Source: Candidatus Saccharimonadota bacterium
GTDB lineage: Bacteria; Patescibacteriota; Gracilibacteria; UBA4473
Assembly (NCBI GenBank): GCA_963677105.1
Contig: OY781871.1
Span: 930,001 to 962,000 of the forward strand
Reading direction: 5' to 3'
Length of the DNA: 32,000 nt
Within the stretch, counting starts at the first letter, position 1, and each line of letters opens with the position of its first letter. Under the pieces are notes generated by a model. That model worked only from the letters and a program-made list of their open reading frames with translations, was not told the DNA's origin and did not search any database. Shown here in pieces: positions 26,103 to 32,000 of this stretch. Position numbers and translations under genes: made by a program.

Positions 26103-26208
26103 AGAAGCCTTATCTGATGCGAGGTCAACTTGTTTTGCACAAAAAAGATTTGACGAAAGAGGGGAAATCGAATACGTTTTTTGTACTAGACATTTCTGTG
26201 CAAAAAAA

Positions 26209-26784
26209 ATGCTCAAAAAGATTTTTGGATCCGGCGCCCGAGTGAAACTATTTCGACAGTTCTTATTAAATCCTAAGGAGGAATTTTTTATACGAGAACT
26301 TACACGTATTCTTGATGAGCAGATTAATTCATTACGAAGAGAGCTTGCGAATTTAGAAAAAATTGGAATGCTTAAATCTTCAGAGCGAAACAGAAAGAAG
26401 TATTATAGATTGAATCCACATTGTCCCATTTTATCGGAATTGACTTCAATTATTCGTAAAAATGAGAAATCATATGTTACATTGCTTCAAAAAATATCTA
26501 AGCTCGGAGGAATTGATATATTAATTCTTGGTGGACAATTTATTGGCAAAGAAGCAGATGTTGATTTATTTCTAGTTGGAGATGTTAAAAAAGAATCACT
26601 TGCAACATTTGTTGATAAGGAATTCCCAGAGCAGCGAATTAAATTTTCTGTGATGCCACGGGAAGACTTTTTGTATCGAATGACTCTCAAAGATAAGTTT
26701 GTAAAAACATTGTTTGAAGAGAGAGAAAACATTATTTTGAAGAATAAGTTGAAAAAAGACACAGAGCCACTCGTTGTGCTTTGA
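26209..26784 (+). CDS. Winged-helix (ArsR-like) DNA-binding domain fused to a minimal nucleotidyltransferase-like domain
   Basis: The start is trimmed to ATG 26209 (191 aa). The N-terminus ARVKLFRQFLLNPKEEFFIRELTRILDEQINSLRRELANLEKIGML is wHTH-like. The C-terminus LGGQFIGKEADVDLFLVGD resembles the hG[GS]-x(n)-DxD nucleotidyltransferase-fold signature. Confidence 0.6.
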   Translation: MLKKIFGSGARVKLFRQFLLNPKEEFFIRELTRILDEQINSLRRELANLEKIGMLKSSERNRKKYYRLNPHCPILSELTSIIRKNEKSYVTLLQKISKLGGIDILILGGQFIGKEADVDLFLVGDVKKESLATFVDKEFPEQRIKFSVMPREDFLYRMTLKDKFVKTLFEERENIILKNKLKKDTEPLVVL

Positions 26785-26801
26785 TTTTTTTTGAAAAAAA
26801 C

Positions 26802-26829
26802 TTGCACTCCGGAATGTTTCCGGTAAAGT
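26802..26829 (+). promoter_or_regulatory. Putative rplS promoter (TTGCAC-N16-TAAAGT) with a CCGGAA/TTCCGG hairpin in the spacer
   Basis: TTGCAC 26802-26807 and TAAAGT 26824-26829. The spacer contains the 6-bp inverted repeat ccggaa-tgt-ttccgg. A leader of about 40 nt runs to ATG 26870. Confidence 0.3.
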
Positions 26830-26869
26830 ACGCGCGGCTTGCTTTTGCGAGAACGTAAATATAACGAAA

Positions 26870-27388
26870 ATGTCATTATTGATTCAGAAATTCGCCAATA
26901 AGTTTTGTAAAGAATCTGTACCAGATTTGCGTCCAGGAATGATTGTAAAAATTCATCAAAAAATTAAAGAAGGAAATAAGACGAGAGTGCAAATTTTTCA
27001 GGGAACAGTTATTGCTGTAAATCCAGGACACAACGTTGATGCGACTTTTACCGTTCGAAAAATATCAGAGGGAATTGGTGTTGAGAAAGTATTTCCATAT
27101 CATTCTCCAAATGTTTTAAAAATTGAGGTTCAACGAGCACAAAAAGTTCGTCGAGCGAAATTAACATTTTTGCGAGAACGAAGTGGAAAAGCACTTCGAT
27201 TGAAAGAAATTCCATTAAACTTGAGAGAGAATACATTTGAAAAAGTTGAACCGAAAGTTGAAGAAGCTCAGAAAGAAGAAGTGAAAAAGGAAGAACCAAA
27301 AAAAGAGGAACCGAAAGTAGAAGGGGTTATTGAAACAAAAGAAGAAGCACCAGCCGAAGAGAAGAAAGAAGAAAAAGCAGCAGAGTAG
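26870..27388 (+). CDS. rplS: Ribosomal protein L19 with a K/E-rich C-terminal extension
   Basis: The core (aa 1-113: DLRPGMIVKIHQKIKEGNKTRVQIFQGTVIA...RRAKLTFLRERSGKALRLKE) is typical L19. About 59 extra residues follow, rich in E, K and P (KEEVKKEEPKKEEPKVE...). Confidence 0.9.
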   Translation: MSLLIQKFANKFCKESVPDLRPGMIVKIHQKIKEGNKTRVQIFQGTVIAVNPGHNVDATFTVRKISEGIGVEKVFPYHSPNVLKIEVQRAQKVRRAKLTFLRERSGKALRLKEIPLNLRENTFEKVEPKVEEAQKEEVKKEEPKKEEPKVEGVIETKEEAPAEEKKEEKAAE

Positions 27389-27414
27389 TTTTACTCACTA
27401 AATATTGAAATAAG

Positions 27415-27441
27415 AATCTCGCTTTGGCGGGATTTTTTATT
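27415..27441 (+). terminator. Rho-independent terminator after rplS
   Basis: 8-bp stem aatctcgc/gcgggatt (one G-U pair), loop tttg, followed by TTTTATT. Confidence 0.7.
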
Positions 27442-27458
27442 AATGATAAAGAGGGGTT

Positions 27459-27487
27459 TTGACAAACATCTTTTCTTTCTATATTTT
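27459..27487 (+). promoter_or_regulatory. Putative SemiSWEET promoter (TTGACA-N17-TATTTT)
   Basis: TTGACA 27459-27464 and TATTTT 27482-27487. A TACACT hexamer also lies at 27491-27496. ATG at 27512. Confidence 0.4.
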
Positions 27488-27511
27488 TGATACACTTATT
27501 GAAATAAAAAT

Positions 27512-27766
27512 ATGGAATATATAGATATTATGGGATATATAGCTGGAATATTGGTTGTAATTTCATTGTTACCACAAACAATTAAAAGTTGGCGGACAAA
27601 ATCAACAAAAGATTTATCTTTATGGAGATATATTATTTATTGTATTGGTTTAATGCTTTGGATTGGATACGCGATTATTATTGGTAATGGACCAGTTGCA
27701 GTAATGAATAGTATTGGATTGTTTTTTTCACTTTCTATTTTGTATCTAAAGATTAGATATAAATAA
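27512..27766 (+). CDS. SemiSWEET-type PQ-loop sugar transporter (3-TM half-transporter)
   Basis: 84 aa with three hydrophobic helices and the PQ motif in LLPQTIKSWRTKSTKDLS. The size and topology match bacterial SemiSWEETs. Confidence 0.8.
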   Translation: MEYIDIMGYIAGILVVISLLPQTIKSWRTKSTKDLSLWRYIIYCIGLMLWIGYAIIIGNGPVAVMNSIGLFFSLSILYLKIRYK

Positions 27767-27771
27767 TACAA

Positions 27772-29424
27772 TTATGCTACATCAGATTTCTCTCCTAAAT
27801 ACGTCGTATATAAATAATTTGTTTGAGCAGGGAATTCTGCTGCAAGTGTGTCGACTTGTTTTGCAACAGGAATAATTTCGTGTTTCTTGCGTAGTTTCCG
27901 TATATTTATTGTTGTAGTTTTCATTCGTTCTGCTATTTCTATATCACTAAAGCCAAGTACTTTTGCTTGAAGAAGAAGTTCTTTATTTATGGATTCTCGT
28001 TTATCTAATTCACGAGCACATACAGCAATACGATCTAATTGTTGCAAAAACCATCGATCGATTTTTGTCATTTCCCAAATCTTTTCTACATCAAATATTT
28101 CTCGATAAAGAGCTTGTGTTACAGCGAATAATCGTCGCGGAGAAGCAATGCGAATGGAGCTTTCTAGTTCAGAATCTTTAAATTTAATTGGCGAACAGAG
28201 AACTCCGTTTGATCCGATTGCAAGCATTCGAACAGCTTTTTGTACTACTTCTGGAAAATTTCGTCCAAGAGCCATAACTTCTCCAACAGATTTCATTTCC
28301 GTTGCAATTTGATGACTTACTTTTCGAAATTTTTGCAAATCCCAACGGGGGATTTTTAGTGCAACATAATCAAGTGCAGGTTCAAAGAAAGCAGTTGTTT
28401 TTTGCGTAATTGCGTTTGGAATTTCTGGGAGATTTTTCCCGAGAAGAATTTCGGCAGCAACGGCTGCAAGTGGATATCCAGAAGCCTTTGAAGCAAGCGC
28501 AGAACTTCGACTCAATCGGGCGTTTACTTCAATAACACGATACTGTGTATCATCATTTGGATTTAGTGCATATTGAATGTTACATTCTCCCACAATTCCT
28601 AAATGACGGATTGTTTTTATCGCAACGGTTCGAAGGAGCTGAAATTCTCGGTTTGCCAATGTCATAGAAGGACTAATAACAATCGATTCTCCAGTATGAA
28701 TTCCCAAAGGATCAAAGTTTTCCATATTCAACACAGTAATACAGTTGTCTGAGTTGTCTCGAACAACTTCATACTCAATTTCTTTCCATCCACGCAAATC
28801 CTCTTCAACGAGAACTTGTGGAGAGAAGGCAAGCGCTTCTTTTACCATTTTTTCAAAATCTTCTGGTCTCTCACAAAATCCAGAACCTTTTCCTCCAAGA
28901 GCAAATCCGGCTCGCATAATAAGAGGAAACCCAATTTTTTTCGAAGCAGCAATAGCGTCTTCTAGTGAATACGCAGCAATTGAACGAGGAGTGAAAACAT
29001 CGATTTCTTTTAATTTTTGTACGAAAATTTCTCTATCTTCAGTAGACTCAATCACGTTTACTGCTGTTCCCAAAACTTTTATCCCAAACTTTTTTAAAAT
29101 ACCTGATTTCTCGAGAGCAAGACCACAATTAAGCGCAGTTTGTCCTCCGAAAGAAAGAGCAAGTGCATCAGGTTGTTCTTGAGCAATAACTTTTACTACA
29201 AACTCAGGTGTGACCGGAGAAAAGTAGACTTTATCTGCTCCACAAAAATGAGGATCGGTTTCTATCCATTGAGGATCAGTTTGTACAGTTGCAATATTTG
29301 GATTAATGAGAATTACCTCATGTCCAGCTTTTTTAAAGGTTTTGATAGCTTGTGAGCCAGAATAATCAAACTCACCTGCTTCACCAATTTTTAGTGCTCC
29401 AGATCCAAGAAGTAAAATTTTCAT
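27772..29424 (-). CDS. carB: Carbamoyl-phosphate synthase large subunit, N-terminal half only (first ATP-grasp plus oligomerisation domain)
   Basis: 550 aa. MKILLLGSGALKIGEAGEFDYSGSQA...ILINPNIATVQTD...EVNARLSRSSALASKASGYPLA. It ends at ...VDTLAAEFPAQTNYLYTTYLGEKSDVA, the boundary where full-length CarB continues into its second ATP-grasp half. Confidence 0.9.
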   Translation of the reverse strand: MKILLLGSGALKIGEAGEFDYSGSQAIKTFKKAGHEVILINPNIATVQTDPQWIETDPHFCGADKVYFSPVTPEFVVKVIAQEQPDALALSFGGQTALNCGLALEKSGILKKFGIKVLGTAVNVIESTEDREIFVQKLKEIDVFTPRSIAAYSLEDAIAASKKIGFPLIMRAGFALGGKGSGFCERPEDFEKMVKEALAFSPQVLVEEDLRGWKEIEYEVVRDNSDNCITVLNMENFDPLGIHTGESIVISPSMTLANREFQLLRTVAIKTIRHLGIVGECNIQYALNPNDDTQYRVIEVNARLSRSSALASKASGYPLAAVAAEILLGKNLPEIPNAITQKTTAFFEPALDYVALKIPRWDLQKFRKVSHQIATEMKSVGEVMALGRNFPEVVQKAVRMLAIGSNGVLCSPIKFKDSELESSIRIASPRRLFAVTQALYREIFDVEKIWEMTKIDRWFLQQLDRIAVCARELDKRESINKELLLQAKVLGFSDIEIAERMKTTTINIRKLRKKHEIIPVAKQVDTLAAEFPAQTNYLYTTYLGEKSDVA

Positions 29425-30506
29425 TTTTGTAATTGTTCTATAAATTCATCAAACAAATATTCTGCATCTTCTGGTCCAGCACAAGCTTCTGGATGAAATT
29501 GTGTTGCAGAAAAGGGAAGTGTTTTATGACGAATTCCTTCTACGGTTCCATCGTTTAAATTTTCAAACCAAACTTCCCAATCATTTGACAGCGATTTTTC
29601 ATCGACTACAAATCCGTGATTTTGCGTTGTAATTAAGCAACGCCCAGAATGTTTGTCTCGAACGGGTTGATTTACTCCGCGATGTCCATATTTCATTTTT
29701 TTTGTTGCTCCATTAGAAGCGAGTCCGAGCATTTGACATCCAAGACAAATTCCAAATGTAGGAATCTTTCTATGAATCGCTTCTCGAGCAATTTCAATTG
29801 TTTCAGTCATAGTGTCAGGATCTCCTGGACCATTTGAAAAGAAAATTCCATCAAATTTTTCATTCAACTCAAATGGATTTTGATTAAAAGGAACGCGAAT
29901 TATTCGGATTCCACGACGAAGAAAATTTCTAAAAATACCGTTTTTTGCACCACAATCAACAAAAGCGATGGTTATTCCTATCGGCTTATGTGGTTCCATA
30001 ATTTCCATTATTTGAGGACTTACTGATGGAACAAATCTTCCGCGTAATTCATCAGAATATTTTTTATCAGCATTTTTCCCAAGTTTTCCCAATACGGTTC
30101 CATGTTCTCGTAATGTTTGTGTTAATTGTCTTGTGTCAACACCAGAAAGAGCAGGAATATTTTGTTCTTTGAGCCAAGCTTGAAAACTTTTTACAGCAGT
30201 TGAGTGAGAATGTTTCAAGCTTTCTTCAGCAATTACGACTCCTCGAACCCAAATCTTTGGTGATTCAAAAGTTTTATCTACTTTTGGGGCATGTTTGTAA
30301 CCTTCAAAGTTTTTTGGATTTGGAACTCCATAATTTCCAATTAAAGGAAAAGTGAAAACAACAATTTGTCCAAAATAACTGGGATCAGTAAGAACTTCGA
30401 GATAGCCAGTCATTCCTGTTGTAAAAACTACTTCGCCAGTGGCACTTGCATTTGCACCAAAAGATTGTCCAGAAAATTCTTGTCCGTCTGCGAGAAATAG
30501 TTTCAT
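29421..30506 (-). CDS. carA: Carbamoyl-phosphate synthase small (glutaminase) subunit
   Basis: 361 aa. The N-terminal CPSase small-chain domain is followed by a GATase-1 domain with GICLGCQ (nucleophile Cys) and QFHPEA (His/Glu). ATGA overlaps link it to both neighbours. Confidence 0.92.
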   Translation of the reverse strand: MKLFLADGQEFSGQSFGANASATGEVVFTTGMTGYLEVLTDPSYFGQIVVFTFPLIGNYGVPNPKNFEGYKHAPKVDKTFESPKIWVRGVVIAEESLKHSHSTAVKSFQAWLKEQNIPALSGVDTRQLTQTLREHGTVLGKLGKNADKKYSDELRGRFVPSVSPQIMEIMEPHKPIGITIAFVDCGAKNGIFRNFLRRGIRIIRVPFNQNPFELNEKFDGIFFSNGPGDPDTMTETIEIAREAIHRKIPTFGICLGCQMLGLASNGATKKMKYGHRGVNQPVRDKHSGRCLITTQNHGFVVDEKSLSNDWEVWFENLNDGTVEGIRHKTLPFSATQFHPEACAGPEDAEYLFDEFIEQLQK

Positions 30507-31939
30507 GATTCAGTATCTAATTGCATTTGATGTGCTATTTGTAATATACGAGCTTCTTGCATTGCTGGTCCGATGATTTGAATACCAATTGGTAATTCTT
30601 CATCAGAAACTCCAGCAGGAAGAGAAATTCCACATTGTCCAGCAAGACACGATGGAGCAAGAAACATGTCTTCAAGATACATTTTTAATGGATCATCTAG
30701 ATTTTCACCGACTTTGAAAGCAGGTGTTGGAGAAACAGGAGAAAGTATTGCATCTACATTTTTCCATGCTTCATCAAAATCTTGTCGAATAAGTGTCCGT
30801 ACACGTTGAGCTTGTCTATAATATTGATCAGAGTATCCAGAAGAGAGAACAAAGGTTCCAATGAGAATTCGTCGTTTTACTTCATCACCAAATCCGGAAG
30901 ATCGTGATTCTGTATAAATATTTTGTAAATCTTCCTTGTTTTTACATTCTCCAAAACGAAGTCCGTCGTATCGTGCCTGGTTTGATGAAATTTCTCCAGG
31001 AGCAATAATATAATATGCGGCAACAGCATATTTAGCATGAGGTAGCTCAATATCAATAATTTTTGCACCAAGAGAACGAAGTTGTTCTTCCGTCGCAGAC
31101 ATTACTTGTGCTACATCAGAATCGATACCATCTTGAAAGAATTTCCGAGGAATTCCTATTTTCATTCCGTGAATAGAACGATCGAGAGATGAAATATAAT
31201 CAGGTACTTCAACATCAGGAGTTGTTGAATCTTTTTCATCATGTCCAGCGATTACTTGAAGCATCATGGCACAATCTTTTGCAGTCTTTGCCATTGGACC
31301 AACAACATCAAGTGAACTCGCCATTGGCATTGTTCCCCAGCGAGAAACTCGCCCGTAAGAAACTTTTAATCCAGTAACACCACAGAAATGAGAAGGATGT
31401 CGAATAGATCCATTTGTTTCTGTTCCAATCGCTCCAGCACAAAAATTAGCAGCTAATGCTGCAGCAGAACCACCAGAACTTCCTCCAGCAACATAATCTG
31501 TATTATGTGGATTTCGCGTAACACCAAATGCAGAGGTTTGGGTACTTGCTCCCATTGTAAATTCATCAGTGTTTGTTTTTCCAATAAGAACTGCACCAGC
31601 ATTTTTTAATTTCTCCCAAACAGTCGCGTCATATGGAGACTGAAAATCTTTTAAAATATTTGAAGAAGCCGTCGTTTTAGATTCGGTAGTGCAGACAACA
31701 TCTTTTAGTGCAATTGGCATTCCATCGAGAGGAGAAAGAAGTTCATTATTTTTTCTTCGAGCGTCGGCATCGTCAGCCATTTCTCTCGCTATATCAAATG
31801 TTGGAGTAACAAATGCGTTGATCTCTTTTTCACGAGATTCTATTTCTACAATGAAGGCTTCAGTTATTTCTCGAGAACTAGCCTCTCCGCTGTGAAATAG
31901 CTCAGAAAGTTCGGAAAGTGTTTTTTTTGCAAGATTCAT
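30503..31939 (-). CDS. gatA: Glu-tRNA(Gln) amidotransferase subunit A
   Basis: The start is trimmed to ATG 31939 (MNLAKKTLSELSELFHSGE...). The amidase signature is GGSSGGSAAALAA...GTETNGSIRHPS. Confidence 0.93.
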   Translation of the reverse strand: MNLAKKTLSELSELFHSGEASSREITEAFIVEIESREKEINAFVTPTFDIAREMADDADARRKNNELLSPLDGMPIALKDVVCTTESKTTASSNILKDFQSPYDATVWEKLKNAGAVLIGKTNTDEFTMGASTQTSAFGVTRNPHNTDYVAGGSSGGSAAALAANFCAGAIGTETNGSIRHPSHFCGVTGLKVSYGRVSRWGTMPMASSLDVVGPMAKTAKDCAMMLQVIAGHDEKDSTTPDVEVPDYISSLDRSIHGMKIGIPRKFFQDGIDSDVAQVMSATEEQLRSLGAKIIDIELPHAKYAVAAYYIIAPGEISSNQARYDGLRFGECKNKEDLQNIYTESRSSGFGDEVKRRILIGTFVLSSGYSDQYYRQAQRVRTLIRQDFDEAWKNVDAILSPVSPTPAFKVGENLDDPLKMYLEDMFLAPSCLAGQCGISLPAGVSDEELPIGIQIIGPAMQEARILQIAHQMQLDTES

Positions 31940-32000
31940 TTCTGAATATTTGGAATATGAATTTTTTGTTTCTCTATAGGATGAGGTGAGCACTCAATTA
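31936..32000 (-). CDS. gatC: 3' end of a probable gatC, cut by the window edge
   Basis: Hand translation of the minus strand from 31998 gives IECSPHPIEKQKIHIPNIQK*. The TGA overlaps the gatA ATG (ATGA). The ...IHIPNI ending resembles the conserved f.VP.i C-terminus of GatC. Confidence 0.45.
   Translation of the reverse strand, partial: IECSPHPIEKQKIHIPNIQK

Noticed and set aside
25915-26208. A possible tRNA, sRNA or riboswitch in the only intergenic region longer than 150 nt. The other gaps (6473-6582 and 27389-27511) were checked as well.
   Set aside because: There is no cloverleaf-compatible GC-rich segment and no motif of a known RNA family that I can recognise. The sequence is extremely AT-rich. 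Only the repeats and one stem are reported, as a finding.
26009-26245. A 78-aa ORF in the long intergenic region upstream of the wHTH gene.
   Set aside because: It is Phe/Lys-rich, produced by translating T- and A-tracts. It overlaps the wHTH start out of frame. I treat the region as non-coding leader.
27240-27385. A purine-rich repetitive tract (gaagaa/aaagaa), considered as a possible repeat array or CRISPR-like element.
   Set aside because: It is in frame within rplS and encodes the K/E-rich tail. It has no spacer/repeat periodicity.
1-32000. Alternative genetic code with UGA reassigned, as in some CPR lineages.
   Set aside because: TGA terminates several ORFs at plausible or overlap-coupled ends: gatB, gatA, carA, rnhA, fmt and the SNase-like gene. 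No conserved gene needs read-through of an in-frame TGA.

Overview
This is an AT-rich, densely packed 32-kb chromosomal segment with about 30 CDS. All calls come from reading the translated ORFs and the DNA by eye; no similarity search was run.

I could not recognise any rRNA, tRNA, CRISPR array, transposase, integrase or phage gene.

Backbone genes are housekeeping: priA, fmt, yggS, nadK, a membrane pyrophosphatase (hppA), pgk, gatB, a folC-like ligase, rnhA, proS, tig and rplS. On the minus strand, gatC (partial), gatA, carA and a half-size carB are linked by ATGA overlaps.

Accessory or poorly understood genes lie between them:
- A cassette of an unlisted 53-aa 4xCxxC zinc-ribbon ORF, a solute-binding lipoprotein and an O-antigen-ligase/Wzy-like membrane protein.
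- A 1,664-aa secreted multi-LamG giant protein.
- Two tandem membrane metallophosphoesterases flanking a small membrane protein.
- An orphan DinJ/RelB-like antitoxin overlapping folC.
- A secreted tandem SNase-fold protein with non-canonical active-site residues.
- A wHTH plus nucleotidyltransferase-like regulator behind a 294-nt repeat-bearing leader.
- A SemiSWEET transporter.

The gene mix, the short overlapping junctions, the near absence of Shine-Dalgarno motifs and the extended L19 fit a reduced-genome, possibly episymbiotic bacterium of the CPR/Patescibacteria type. That placement is inference. The standard genetic code applies, since TGA is used as a stop.

No canonical defence or mobile system is visible. 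The candidates most worth follow-up are the giant lectin-like protein, the gatCA-carA-half-carB operon, the zinc-ribbon/SBP/Wzy-like cassette, the probable leaderless-promoter architecture and the toxin-less DinJ-folC pair.
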